Both the position numbers and the translations under genes were made by a program. This document shows positions 45,495 to 55,753 of a stretch of DNA of 64,000 nt, one piece after another. The stretch is from the IMG/VR virus record IMGVR_UViG_3300027985_000843, positions 186,001 to 250,000 of that record, one strand, 5' to 3'. The notes beneath the pieces are model-generated. The model saw nothing but the letters and a program-made list of their open reading frames with translations, was not told where the DNA came from and ran no database searches. Each line of letters starts with the position of its first letter. Position 1 is the stretch's first letter.

Positions 45495-46178
45495 TCACTC
45501 AGGACGTTCGAAGTGAACGCCCGTCAGGACATCATTCGAACCGAGGATTGAGAACCGGAAGAACCGGTCATCCTCCTTGAACAAGAGGCCCCTGTGCTCT
45601 TCGGTGCCTGCACGAGGCCCCTGCTTGAACACATGGATGCGGTGGAAGGTGATCACCTCAGAAGGTGTCAGCTCTTCCCGTTCGAGAAGCCCTTGCTGAT
45701 ACTCCCAAAAACGAGCAGCGGATCGGGCAATCAAGTACGCATCAGCCTCGTTGTGATTCCAGCGCTTGATCTTGGTCTCTGCCCGGGCCGCCCCAATCAT
45801 GTCCCGCTTGTCCATCGTTCCTTGACGAACACTGGGATCCATCTTGGCGAGCCGCTTGACGGTCATGGGGTCGAAGAACACCACGTCCTTCCTACGGGAG
45901 AACAGTGCCTCGACCACGTAAAGAAACAAGCCGTACAAGCCCTCGCTCCACAACTCCCCGAAGGGGGGCGACTCCACGCCGACACTTTCGATCTCCGGGT
46001 ACGCGTCCACGAGCTGCTGAACAGACTCTCTCAGGAACATGTACCGCCAGACGAACACGCGACTTGCAGGCGTCATCCACACACCTTTGGCGATGACCCG
46101 AGCCGGACCTACAACATCCGACCGGTGCACGCACCAGCCGAAGCCGGTCAGGCTCGGATCAAGACCTAGGGTGATCAC
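45495..46178 (-). CDS. RuvC-like Holliday junction resolvase
   Basis: LGLDPSLTGFGW, VGVESP, DKRDM and NEADA. Confidence 0.85.
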   Translation of the reverse strand: MITLGLDPSLTGFGWCVHRSDVVGPARVIAKGVWMTPASRVFVWRYMFLRESVQQLVDAYPEIESVGVESPPFGELWSEGLYGLFLYVVEALFSRRKDVVFFDPMTVKRLAKMDPSVRQGTMDKRDMIGAARAETKIKRWNHNEADAYLIARSAARFWEYQQGLLEREELTPSEVITFHRIHVFKQGPRAGTEEHRGLLFKEDDRFFRFSILGSNDVLTGVHFERPE

Positions 46179-46180
46179 GC

Positions 46181-47032
46181 CTACACGTTGTCGAGCATGT
46201 CCGAGAAGTCTTCGTCAGAGACGTCCTCCCCGGCCGGCTCGCTCACGCCCAACTTGATCTTCAGGTCGGCGGTCGACATCTCGCGGAACGGCTGAAGTTC
46301 CTTGTACACGCTGCACGCCGATTGCAGCACCATGTCACGGAACTTGTCGTTCTTGACCCACAGGGCCTTGCCGGCGCCATCGAGCTGGAAGTTCTGGTAC
46401 TCTGCGTTCTCGCAGGTCAGCAGAACGTCCTGCGTGGCGATGCTCAGATCGTTCGATCTGAGTCCGTCGGCGACCTTGTGCAGACGACCATAGATGCGGG
46501 GAGAGAAGCGCCAGGGCTTGACCTGCCAGCCGTCCTTGAGGAGGTTCTTGTTCAGCTCGCCGTCCTTGTTGGTCGGGTAGATCAGCAACACGGTGTTGAA
46601 GTACGTCTTGGCTTCTCCAAGCTGCTCCCACACCTTGTCGGCTTCCTTGCCATCCATGCCCAATCTGGAGACGACGTACCCGACGCCCTCCTTGTAGTGG
46701 GCGACGATGCGTCTGAACTGAATCTGGTTCGTGTCGAGCTTCTCCCACTCCTCCAGTTCGTCCACGGACTTGCCCAGTTTCTCGGCCTGTTCCTTGAGGG
46801 CGGCCGCGCCGACCTTCTTCAGTTCGGCACCGGAGATGGATGGGTTTTCCTTCTTGGCCGCTCGCATCGCAGTGATGTCGAGGGGGTGGAAGTAGACGAA
46901 GGCCACGCGGTACGTGAACCCCTTCTCGCCCTTGAATCTCTCCTTCTTGTCGGACTTGGCGTACTTCTTGTCCTCTTCGCCGAGACCAACGTCATCACCA
47001 TAATCGCCAAAGACATCTTCACTTCCAGCCAT
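46181..47032 (-). CDS. Probable single-stranded DNA-binding protein
   Basis: Aromatic-rich core with acidic C-terminus DVSDEDFSDMLDNV, located next to RecA and RuvC. Confidence 0.6.
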   Translation of the reverse strand: MAGSEDVFGDYGDDVGLGEEDKKYAKSDKKERFKGEKGFTYRVAFVYFHPLDITAMRAAKKENPSISGAELKKVGAAALKEQAEKLGKSVDELEEWEKLDTNQIQFRRIVAHYKEGVGYVVSRLGMDGKEADKVWEQLGEAKTYFNTVLLIYPTNKDGELNKNLLKDGWQVKPWRFSPRIYGRLHKVADGLRSNDLSIATQDVLLTCENAEYQNFQLDGAGKALWVKNDKFRDMVLQSACSVYKELQPFREMSTADLKIKLGVSEPAGEDVSDEDFSDMLDNV

Positions 47033-47112
47033 GATGCTTCTCCATGTTAAGGTTGCCCGGCCTAACAGGTACTGTACAGGATAGGTCAGGCGAACAGCTT
47101 ACCTTGCCTTTA

Positions 47113-47119
47113 TACACCG
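47113..47119 (-). promoter_or_regulatory. CGGTGTATAAA element upstream of the SSB gene
   Basis: Intergenic copy of the motif, 80 nt before the ATG. Confidence 0.6.
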
Positions 47120-47126
47120 GATACGG

Positions 47127-48320
47127 TCAAAGCTCGTCGAAAATGTTCGACAAGTCGTCCTCTTCTTCAGCGTCAGGACCATCCAAAAATTGCGTGATGG
47201 CAGGGTCGACGTCCGTGGACTCAGGGCTTGCGTCGGAATCAACGGGTGAATCACCTTCACCCATCGACAGCACGTACTCGCCCATCGACAACGTGGCATC
47301 GGAATCGAACTTGCGCAGGTCCTGTTCGACCACGGGAGCTTGCTCTGTCACGAGAGCAGGCTCGACTGACTTCTGGGCCTTCTTGCCCTTGCTCTTGGGT
47401 TCCGGTTCCAGGGGCGGATGGTCGTCCAAGTTGACGTCGTCGAAGTCCAGTTCGGCAAGCTTCAACAGAGCATCTGTTGTAGTTTCCGGTTCGGGCTCAT
47501 CTGCCGCCGGTTCTTCCTCGTCAACCTCAGAATCGGCTAGGGGCTCTTCTTCGTCGACCTCTGAGTCCGCCGCCGGTTCCACAGACTCCTCAACCGGTTC
47601 CACAGACTCCCCGGTCTCTTCGGAGTCCTCGGCACCTTCTTCGACCTCTTCAGAGTCCTCAGCACCTTCCTCGGTTCCATCCTCGACCTCTTCGGAATCC
47701 TCGGCACCCTCGGACAAGGCACCCTCTTCCGCCTCCATAGCCGAATTGAAGATGGCGTCCAGGGACCTTTCGTCGAGTTCAGGATCCTTGGGGGGCTGCT
47801 TGCTCCGTGGGTTGTGCCCGTCATCACCACCGAGGCTGGTCTCGTCCCCGTAGAAAGCTCCGGTTTTGATTTCGGTCTGGATGAGGCTGCGTTGCAGTCG
47901 AATGGCTGACATCGTGTGTTCCAGCTCTCGATGCCGGTGCCGAATGGCCTTCTCTATTGCCTGAGCCTCTCGAATCCTCTGCCCGAGCTTCAGAATCTCC
48001 GCCCGAGCCTCTCGCTCGATGACATTGATCATTGCTTCCCGGTCACGAACGGCCGGTAGGGCTTTGACCCGCTTGTCCGTCGCCATCAGGTCGTCGGACC
48101 GAATCTGAAACAACGTTTCCCTGGCATTCAGGTCACTCTCCAAGGTGCCCAGGTGTCGAAGGACTTCCTGGATCATGACGCCGGTCTCGTTGAGATACGA
48201 CCTCGTTGTGAAGATGGCCTTCTGTAGGTGGGCAGGACCTCTGGAGGTCGGGTCTGGATCTAGCTCGACTACGAGCTTTGGCAGACGATCCAGTATTTGT
48301 AAAACTCTTTGGGGATTCAT
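47127..48320 (-). CDS. Coiled-coil protein with a long acidic repeat tail
   Basis: Helical N-terminal half followed by EEGAEDSEEV-type repeats. Confidence 0.65.
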   Translation of the reverse strand: MNPQRVLQILDRLPKLVVELDPDPTSRGPAHLQKAIFTTRSYLNETGVMIQEVLRHLGTLESDLNARETLFQIRSDDLMATDKRVKALPAVRDREAMINVIEREARAEILKLGQRIREAQAIEKAIRHRHRELEHTMSAIRLQRSLIQTEIKTGAFYGDETSLGGDDGHNPRSKQPPKDPELDERSLDAIFNSAMEAEEGALSEGAEDSEEVEDGTEEGAEDSEEVEEGAEDSEETGESVEPVEESVEPAADSEVDEEEPLADSEVDEEEPAADEPEPETTTDALLKLAELDFDDVNLDDHPPLEPEPKSKGKKAQKSVEPALVTEQAPVVEQDLRKFDSDATLSMGEYVLSMGEGDSPVDSDASPESTDVDPAITQFLDGPDAEEEDDLSNIFDEL

Positions 48321-48679
48321 TGTTCGTCACCCTGAACCTTGCTGTTTCCAAGGAATCTCGCGATGTCCGCGTCGTACTTTCGGAAAGCCGACTCAAGTTC
48401 GGCCCGAGCCTCCACTTGATTCATGGCGCCCCGAGCCACAGCATCACGAAGGACCTCAGAAGTCACTCGCTTGCTCAGCACACAAGACACGATGCGAGAT
48501 TCTTCCGGCGTGAATTGCTTGCCTCGAAGGTCGACGGTTCGGGTGACCATACACCACTTCTTGGTGCCTGTAGGATCCCGGGTCTCGACCGAAAACCCTA
48601 CAGTCACCTTGTCCTCTTCGATGCTGTCACTGATTTCTCTGAGCCGGGCTTTCTGCTCAGACGATAGCTTGAGCGCCAT
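48317..48679 (-). CDS. Hypothetical protein (120 aa)
   Basis: Start moved to MALKLSS. CGGTGTA lies 9 nt upstream. Confidence 0.6.
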   Translation of the reverse strand: MALKLSSEQKARLREISDSIEEDKVTVGFSVETRDPTGTKKWCMVTRTVDLRGKQFTPEESRIVSCVLSKRVTSEVLRDAVARGAMNQVEARAELESAFRKYDADIARFLGNSKVQGDEQ

Positions 48680-48687
48680 GGGTGGAT

Positions 48688-50841
48688 CTACACCGTTACC
48701 AGCTGCCGAAGGACGGTATTTCGCTGAATGACTCGGTTGTTGTCGATGGCCTTTTGGATCGCTGTCGAGCTGCCGATCAACCACACAGACTTACGAGCAC
48801 GAGTCACGGCGGTGTACAGCAAGTTCCGCTGAAGCATCCGACCTTGGCTCATCGTCACCGGCAAGATGATGTGGTTGAACTCACTGCCCTGCGATTTGTG
48901 CACGCTGATGGCGTAGGCCAGGCGGAGCTTCTCTTCCGCAGCATGGTAAGTGAAAGACACCTCTGTGTCTAGGTCACCCTCGCCAATACCGTGAACGCGA
49001 ACGAACAGGTTCTCGCGATCGATCCCTACCAGCTTCCCCATGTCTCCGTTGTACACACCGAGTTCGTAGTCATTCTGTACAACCATCACACGGTCGCCCA
49101 CGCGAAAGTGCTGGTTTCCCTGCTTCCACTCCTTGGGGCCGCTTGGATTGAGCTTGTCTCGAAGATGGTCGTTGAGGGTGTTGACCCCCACCCGACCCTC
49201 GTACTTGGGACTGAGAACCTGGAAGTTGTCGTTGCGATCCTTGAGTTTCACCGCCATCGCGACGATCAAAGCAAGGATGCGATCCTCGTCGTCCATGGAC
49301 ACGAAGTGGAATTCTGTCTTCTCTTTTGGCCCCTGGAGGGTGGGCATCTCGCCCCGGTTGATCCGGTGAGAGTTGGCGACGATCTCTCCCTTCTCAGACT
49401 GCCTGAAAATCTGGGTCAGCCTCACGTGAGGAACGCCATCACAGGCGACCAGCTCCCGCAGGACATTCCCTGGCCCTACTGACGGAAGCTGGGCGTCGTC
49501 ACCGACGAAGACAAGGTAGGTGTCGGGCCGGAGTGCCGACAGGAGCCGATAGAACAGCTCTTGGTCCACCATGCTCATCTCGTCGATGATGACCGCATCG
49601 ACGACATACCGACTGTCTGCGTTGTACCCCCAGGAGTTCCCATCGTACCGAAGGGCGCGGTGGATGGTGGAAGCCGGATGGCCTGTCACGGACGATAGCC
49701 GCTTGGCTGCGATCCCTGTGGGGGCCATGAGAGTGAACGAAGCCCCGGTCGTCTCGAACAAGCGAACGATGGCCCTCACGGCAGTCGTCTTGCCTGTGCC
49801 GGGGAGACCCGTGAGCACAAGCACGCGGTTGTTGCTCAGCGTATCGACGGCCTGTCGCTGAGCCTCCGACAGGGTCATCCGGTTGGACTTCTCGTATTCA
49901 GCAATGAAGGTGCCGACATCGATGCGGAGGTCGTTGGCTTCTTCGGCCAGAGCCGCTCGAAGACAGGCCGCCGCCTCCCTCTCGTACATGTAGAGGTCGT
50001 CCAGATAAATCCCCACCTCGTCTTCCAGCTTCACGCTCTTGGACTCCACAAGGGTCTTGATGGCCTCGCGGTAGTCGCCTCGCGGGGGAATCAGGTTGTA
50101 GCTGGAGAAGACGGCCGGCACGACCTCTTTGAGTTCGCCTCTGCGCAGGAACAGGTGCCCCTGCTTGGAACTCTCGCGAAGAGCCAACAGAATCCCGCCC
50201 TGGACCCTCTCGGGTGACCCAAGGTTGAACCCTAGCTTCAATGCGAGCTTGTCGACCCTCGCGAAGTCGTTCATGACCTCCAGAAGACGGTAGGGGTTGT
50301 TCTTGAGGATGGTCGCTGCGTTCTCCCCGAACCGGCCCATGGCTAGCTGGATCTCAACACCATGGATGCCGCCCTCTTGAAGTAGCATCGACAGGTCCCT
50401 CGTAGACAGTGCCCGTTCCCACCCCAGAATGGCCTCTTGAACGGCCTCAGGGTCCCCAATGGGTGGTTGGGCCTCCAACAGCTCGTTCGGGCGTTCTGAG
50501 AGCGTACGGAAGACGCTGGGACCGTTCGCGCTGATGCCCCGAAGCACGTCGGAGTTGTTGAAGCCTGGGATGCAGTTCCACAAGAACTGTCGGACCTCTT
50601 GAGGGTAGCGGGCCCACGGCTCCCAGTTGCGGATGGCGAACTGCTTACCGTATTTGTTGTGCTTCGCCCATTTGCCGATAAACCTGATGGTCACGCCGGT
50701 CACGAGACGAGACAGCCCGAAGACATTGCCCTTCGCCGTGATGTTACCCATCTCTTCCGAAAACAAGGCGAGGATGTAGAAGTCGCCGCTCTGGAAGATG
50801 ACCTTGTCAACCTTCCCTTCGATCGTCACCAATTCTGCCAT
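48688..50841 (-). CDS. recD2: RecD2-type SF1B helicase
   Basis: N-terminal OB and HhH region, GLPGTGKTT, APTGIAA, DEMSM, GDDAQL, SVHKSQGSEF and LYTAVTR. Confidence 0.93.
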   Translation of the reverse strand: MAELVTIEGKVDKVIFQSGDFYILALFSEEMGNITAKGNVFGLSRLVTGVTIRFIGKWAKHNKYGKQFAIRNWEPWARYPQEVRQFLWNCIPGFNNSDVLRGISANGPSVFRTLSERPNELLEAQPPIGDPEAVQEAILGWERALSTRDLSMLLQEGGIHGVEIQLAMGRFGENAATILKNNPYRLLEVMNDFARVDKLALKLGFNLGSPERVQGGILLALRESSKQGHLFLRRGELKEVVPAVFSSYNLIPPRGDYREAIKTLVESKSVKLEDEVGIYLDDLYMYEREAAACLRAALAEEANDLRIDVGTFIAEYEKSNRMTLSEAQRQAVDTLSNNRVLVLTGLPGTGKTTAVRAIVRLFETTGASFTLMAPTGIAAKRLSSVTGHPASTIHRALRYDGNSWGYNADSRYVVDAVIIDEMSMVDQELFYRLLSALRPDTYLVFVGDDAQLPSVGPGNVLRELVACDGVPHVRLTQIFRQSEKGEIVANSHRINRGEMPTLQGPKEKTEFHFVSMDDEDRILALIVAMAVKLKDRNDNFQVLSPKYEGRVGVNTLNDHLRDKLNPSGPKEWKQGNQHFRVGDRVMVVQNDYELGVYNGDMGKLVGIDRENLFVRVHGIGEGDLDTEVSFTYHAAEEKLRLAYAISVHKSQGSEFNHIILPVTMSQGRMLQRNLLYTAVTRARKSVWLIGSSTAIQKAIDNNRVIQRNTVLRQLVTV

Positions 50842-52781
50842 CAGAGCTTCCCAACCATCCCCAGGAAGTTTTCCTCGGAGATGCATTCGGTGTTGTTCTT
50901 GCGGGCCGCCTTCGCCTTGGAGGACGTCGAGTCAGGGTCGGCCATGACGAGATAAGTCAGTCCTTTGACCACGCTCTTCTTCACAGTGCCGCCCGCCTCC
51001 TCCGCCAACCGGATGAGGTCTGTTCGTTTCATGTTTGAAGTCCCTGTGAAGCACACGGTCTTACCTGTGAGAGCCCCTACCGAGCGCTCCTTGACACCAA
51101 CCAGGCCAACAAGATCATCCAACATGTCCCCGTGACGAGCCAGCCACTTCGTGAGCGACTGGGCCCGCTTGGGACCTACTCCTGGGATGTTCGTCAGCTC
51201 TTGCAGGGTCGCAGCCTTGAACCTGCCCACGCTGTCGTAGCCTGCATCTACGAGCAGACGCATCGTGCTCGTGGCACACAACGGAACGGCCAGGGCACCC
51301 ATGAGCTGTTCCAAGGGCAACGGGGTCACAGCCCACAACTGGTCAACAGCCTTCTTTGCAGACGCAACGCCCATTCGATCCAAGTCCTGTACCTGCTCCA
51401 CCTTGAGTCGATACAGGTCTGGCACCGAGTTGACCAAGCCCTCAGCCACAACCTTCGAGACGAGGGTGGGGCCCCACTCCAGGATGCCCAGCTCGTGGAC
51501 CCACTGCCGGATACGGCCTTCTACCTGTGCCGGGCACTCGCCCGTGTTCGGGCAGATGACGAACTCCCCACTTCTTTCCGTGGGGGCGCCGCACTCAGGA
51601 CAGTGGGTGGGCGGCTGGGAGGTCTGGCCCGTCCCCTCGACCACGGAAGCCACACGGGGGATGACGTCGTTGGACCGGCCTACGAGCACGCGGCACCCGA
51701 CATCGAACCCGATCTGCTCGATATACCTCTGGTTGTAGAGCGACGCTCGACTCACCTCCGCCCCAAGAAGCCGCACCGGCTTGAATTCGGCCACGGGTGT
51801 GATGATGCCGGTACCACCCACCTGATCGATGCGAGCGGTGACGACCGTCTCCCTCGTGACCATGTTGAACTTGAATGCGATGGCACCAAGAGGACGGTCG
51901 TTCTTCTCCCCGAGACTTAGCTGGTGGGCCATGTCATTGATCCGGACCACAAGCCCGTCGATCTCATAGGGCAGGGTCTCACGGGTGTCCTTCTGGTACT
52001 GTTCCCAGATGTCTTGGGGCGCCATGACGCCAGGGACGGCAACCGACGGAGTGGTGATGCCAGAGGCGGCCGACAGGTAATACTTGGGCGTGCTGAGGCC
52101 CATCTCCTGGAGGAACTCGAACTGTTGTTTCTCCGTTTCGAAGTCGAGCCCATCGAGCACCTGGTACACCAAGACGGTGAGATGCTCAGAACCCACACCG
52201 TCGAGGCGTTTAGCAATGCCACTCGCGGCATTCCGGGGGTTCTGCATGGTCGGGAAGTGCTCGATCAGGTCGTCCTTGTACAGGAGAATCTCCCCCCGGA
52301 ATTCAGCCGTGATAGGGGCCTTCAGTGTGGGTAGCACGCACTTCATTCGAGCCACGTTCGGCGTGATGTCCTCCCCCAACTGGCCGTCACCTCTGGTGAG
52401 CCCCTGGGTAAACTTCCCGTTCTCGTACCGAAGGGAAACGCTGATGCCGTCCAGCTTCTCCGTCACCAGCAGCCACTCACACTTCTCGCTAGGGCGTGAG
52501 ACAGCCCGAACCCACGCCGCCATCTCGTCTGGGGTCTGTACCTTGGACAAGGACCCCATGGGGATGAGATGGCGGACCTTCGGCCAATCCGACACAGGAG
52601 GGGCGCCCACCGCAGTCACGACCGGATGGTCCTCTCTCAATTCGGCAAGCTCGTCCACCCACGCGTCGTAAACGTCGTCAGGAACACTCGGCTGATCGTT
52701 GTAGTAGTCGTGTCGAGCCTGAGCGACTTTGGCCTCAAGCTCCTCGACACGTTCTTGGTCAAGCTGGTCGAAGAGATCCAT
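50841..52781 (-). CDS. ligA: NAD-dependent DNA ligase
   Basis: KLDG, TRGDG, RGE, DGLV, C4 zinc finger and a C-terminal BRCT domain. Confidence 0.96.
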   Translation of the reverse strand: MDLFDQLDQERVEELEAKVAQARHDYYNDQPSVPDDVYDAWVDELAELREDHPVVTAVGAPPVSDWPKVRHLIPMGSLSKVQTPDEMAAWVRAVSRPSEKCEWLLVTEKLDGISVSLRYENGKFTQGLTRGDGQLGEDITPNVARMKCVLPTLKAPITAEFRGEILLYKDDLIEHFPTMQNPRNAASGIAKRLDGVGSEHLTVLVYQVLDGLDFETEKQQFEFLQEMGLSTPKYYLSAASGITTPSVAVPGVMAPQDIWEQYQKDTRETLPYEIDGLVVRINDMAHQLSLGEKNDRPLGAIAFKFNMVTRETVVTARIDQVGGTGIITPVAEFKPVRLLGAEVSRASLYNQRYIEQIGFDVGCRVLVGRSNDVIPRVASVVEGTGQTSQPPTHCPECGAPTERSGEFVICPNTGECPAQVEGRIRQWVHELGILEWGPTLVSKVVAEGLVNSVPDLYRLKVEQVQDLDRMGVASAKKAVDQLWAVTPLPLEQLMGALAVPLCATSTMRLLVDAGYDSVGRFKAATLQELTNIPGVGPKRAQSLTKWLARHGDMLDDLVGLVGVKERSVGALTGKTVCFTGTSNMKRTDLIRLAEEAGGTVKKSVVKGLTYLVMADPDSTSSKAKAARKNNTECISEENFLGMVGKL

Positions 52782-52791
52782 CCCCCCTATT

Positions 52792-52798
52792 TACACCG
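52792..52798 (-). promoter_or_regulatory. CGGTGTA element 10 nt before the ligA ATG
   Basis: Member of a recurring motif family (see findings). Confidence 0.65.
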
Positions 52799-52822
52799 GA
52801 GGGGGATGGAAAGTGGCGGATT

Positions 52823-54781
52823 TCAACGGATTGGACAGACTCCGCTAGAGCATTCTTCGATCTCCATGTCGCCGCCTCGGGTGAGTCGGCTTTCATGATT
52901 GATGGTGCGGGCCATCTCTTTGTAGGTGTTCTCGTCGATGGCCTCATAGGGAGGCTGTTGGTACCCGTGGGTTTTGGGCATCACCGACGTCGACTTGAGG
53001 CGAGGCACAAACTCCTTCAGGCAGGAAGCGAGTTCTTTCCGCTCCGTCTTGGCGTCGAAGTTGATGGTGCTCGACACGGCATTGTCAGCCCACCACTCCT
53101 GGATGGCCGCCTGACGCTCGAACTGGTCTCTGAGGGACTCCGTTTCCTTGGTGACGCGCGGGTCCACAGCCTTCATCGGGAACGAGAACACCCACGTGTT
53201 GCCGGTGCTGTCGTAGCTGTCATCCTCGTACGTCACCCCGGCCTCGGCCATGGCAACCGACATGGGGTCGTTCTTCGCGATGCGGATGCGACGAATGTAG
53301 TAGGGGGAATGGGAAGCGTGGACACCAGGACTGGACCCATTGAGAAGCGATATGGTGCCCGACGGCTTCACGGTCGTGACCGTGATCGGCTTGTTGACTC
53401 CCAACTCTTCGGCGTAGGCATCAGCCTCTCGACGACATGCACCAAACCACTTGGCGAGCAACTCGGGGGTCCACTCGAAGTCGCAGATCCCTCCCAGCCC
53501 GACACCAATCCGCATGTTGCGGCGACCCACTGCCTGGCTCTGAGGATCTGACAGCGGCGTGAGACGCTGACGCAGACAGTAGCGGGTCACGAGACGGAAC
53601 ACAGTGATAGGATCGGTACCCGCCTCGAACTTGGCCGGGAACACCTCCGCCAGATTGCATGCCTCACGGTCATGCAGGAGCTGCTCGCCGCAAGGATTGA
53701 CGCCCTGTGCATTCGGGTCGGTCTGCCGGCCAAGAGGGAGGTTCAGGATCCCAGGCTCGCCGTATTCGATGTTGTCGTCCACCAACTCGTCCCAGTCGAA
53801 GTTGTTCAGCTGGTCCCAGCTCTGAAAGGCGATCGAGTTGTTGGAAGTGTGGCGGTGGCTCATCACAGCGGCCGCGTCCTTCTTGGCATCGCGGAAACCG
53901 TGATCGGTAGCACGCCCCAACGCAATCAAGGCGGACCGTCGAACGTTGCCCGCCTTGATGCACAGACCGATGTGGTTCGTGATGTCGAGAGCTTCCACCG
54001 ACGTGAGCTGGCGACCACTCGCTTGGCGCACGAAGCCCCACGAGGATCTGAGGAGATGCGTGAGCGGGCCCGGACCACAAGCTGTGCCGCCGAACGTCTT
54101 GATGGGCTCGCCTCTGGCTCTGACCTTCGAGACGTCGATGATCAAGTCCTTGCCTGAAAAGGCGTATTCCAGCACGCTCCGGAGGGATGACACCCAGCCC
54201 TCGCGGGAGTCTTCGCAGACGTGTATGGGGGTCTGACCGTTCAGGAACTCGGGGCCGTTGGGCTTGACCTCACCGTGATTCGGGTGGTCACCCCGGCATC
54301 TGACTGCAAACCGGGCCGGGCGATCAGAGACATTCGGAAGATCGTTGATCTCCGTCAAGCCCACGCCCACACCGCCTCCGAGCATGAGCTGGTTTGCAGT
54401 CCAGCACCAGTCGTCGATCCCGTGCAGGGTCGTGTACCAGCAGTTGAATCGAGCATCGGAGGGGATGCCGTCAACACCGCCCGTCCAAAGACCACGGCCC
54501 GGGGGCAAAGCCTGCCCGGTCCAGAACAAGTGGAACAGGAGCTGCGCCTCGTCCATGCTCACGCCCGGAGCGAGGTTCGCGTTGCCCTCCACCACTCGCT
54601 TGATGGTGTCGGTCCAGCTCTCCCCGCCGCCGTCTCTGGAGTATTTGGTGAGGTACGTCGACCTCGCCAGAAGGGATCCAAAGACGTCGCCCTTTTCACG
54701 ATAAGGAGCGAGAAAGCTTTCACTGAGTCTAATTTGAGACAGGTGGCGTGTTTCGACGATCTCCATCAGGGGTTCCCTCAC
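52823..54781 (-). CDS. nrdJ: Class II (adenosylcobalamin) ribonucleotide reductase, monomeric type
   Basis: PPGRGLW, FNC, GNVRRSA, NPCGE, TTVKPSGT and C-terminal CSSGVCP. No nrdB is present. Confidence 0.92.
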   Translation of the reverse strand: MREPLMEIVETRHLSQIRLSESFLAPYREKGDVFGSLLARSTYLTKYSRDGGGESWTDTIKRVVEGNANLAPGVSMDEAQLLFHLFWTGQALPPGRGLWTGGVDGIPSDARFNCWYTTLHGIDDWCWTANQLMLGGGVGVGLTEINDLPNVSDRPARFAVRCRGDHPNHGEVKPNGPEFLNGQTPIHVCEDSREGWVSSLRSVLEYAFSGKDLIIDVSKVRARGEPIKTFGGTACGPGPLTHLLRSSWGFVRQASGRQLTSVEALDITNHIGLCIKAGNVRRSALIALGRATDHGFRDAKKDAAAVMSHRHTSNNSIAFQSWDQLNNFDWDELVDDNIEYGEPGILNLPLGRQTDPNAQGVNPCGEQLLHDREACNLAEVFPAKFEAGTDPITVFRLVTRYCLRQRLTPLSDPQSQAVGRRNMRIGVGLGGICDFEWTPELLAKWFGACRREADAYAEELGVNKPITVTTVKPSGTISLLNGSSPGVHASHSPYYIRRIRIAKNDPMSVAMAEAGVTYEDDSYDSTGNTWVFSFPMKAVDPRVTKETESLRDQFERQAAIQEWWADNAVSSTINFDAKTERKELASCLKEFVPRLKSTSVMPKTHGYQQPPYEAIDENTYKEMARTINHESRLTRGGDMEIEECSSGVCPIR

Positions 54782-55749
54782 GCGGCGATTGAGAATAGAG
54801 CTAGCTCGACGTGGGTTCGTTTGGATCGAGCTGAGCCCTTGACCAATGTGTCCAGTTTACATGCAATCTTCATTTTGGCTCTCAGCCGGTCAGCCTCGTG
54901 CAGTTGAGCCATCGGAAGGAGATTCTTCTTCAGAGCGAACTCGTGCATCCCCACCCTCTCCGCGATGATCCTTGTGGAGTCCCCACGGTCCAACATGTCC
55001 CGTACAACGAGGATCTTTTCCAACAGGCGCATCAGGGAGTAGGAAACAGGCACGTGCGCCCCGTCTCCGAGGTTGCGGTACACGAACCCCAACAAGGTCA
55101 TGGCCCTGTTGAGGTTCTTACTGAGAGCCGCTTCCGCAACCTGATACGGCTCCGCAGGAAAAATAAGAGGGGCGAGCTGCTTGACGTGCTCTCGCTGTGC
55201 CACCCCGCCGTCAACGAGGTAGTGGAGCTTGTGTAGCTCGTTGACAATCAAGCGCAGGTCGTAACCGAGGACCTTGATCAACAGCTCGGGCACATCGTCG
55301 GCAATCTTCACACCAACCTTGGCCGCCTGCTGCCGAACGCGAGCAACTCGATCCTCAGGCTTCCATGGCTTGGGTTGTTGGAAGTTCTTGACCACCCCGC
55401 GATCGGCCGCAACCTTGATCCACTCGCCGCTGAGATTCTCCGAACGAACGATGATGAGAAGGACCACTGAGTCGTCCTTCAGATCGCGGCTCCGAATGAA
55501 CTCAAGAAGGGGCTCGGGCTTCTTCAGCTTGTTGGCACTGTCGATGACGATGCCGCGATCGGACCCTAGGAAGTTGGGCGTCTCGCACAACGCAGCGATG
55601 TCCTTGCCCGTGATGCCCTTGTCGGCACAGTCGAAGACGGACACATCGCGGTCGCCCTGCCGCTTTGCCTTCTGCCGGACCTCGTCGAGAAGATAGGTCT
55701 CATCCCCAAAGAAGACACGGAAAGGACCAGGATTGGACTTGGGTGCCAT
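54778..55749 (-). CDS. holA: DNA polymerase III delta subunit
   Basis: FFGDETYLL..NFLGSDR..LGYDLRLIVNELHKL pattern, adjacent to holB. Confidence 0.8.
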   Translation of the reverse strand: MAPKSNPGPFRVFFGDETYLLDEVRQKAKRQGDRDVSVFDCADKGITGKDIAALCETPNFLGSDRGIVIDSANKLKKPEPLLEFIRSRDLKDDSVVLLIIVRSENLSGEWIKVAADRGVVKNFQQPKPWKPEDRVARVRQQAAKVGVKIADDVPELLIKVLGYDLRLIVNELHKLHYLVDGGVAQREHVKQLAPLIFPAEPYQVAEAALSKNLNRAMTLLGFVYRNLGDGAHVPVSYSLMRLLEKILVVRDMLDRGDSTRIIAERVGMHEFALKKNLLPMAQLHEADRLRAKMKIACKLDTLVKGSARSKRTHVELALFSIAA

Positions 55750-55753
55750 CCGA

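Noticed and set aside
24556-54781. Inteins or introns in terL, recA, ligA or nrdJ
   Set aside because: Motif spacing and lengths are normal, and no Cys-start/His-Asn-end insertion or LAGLIDADG block was seen.
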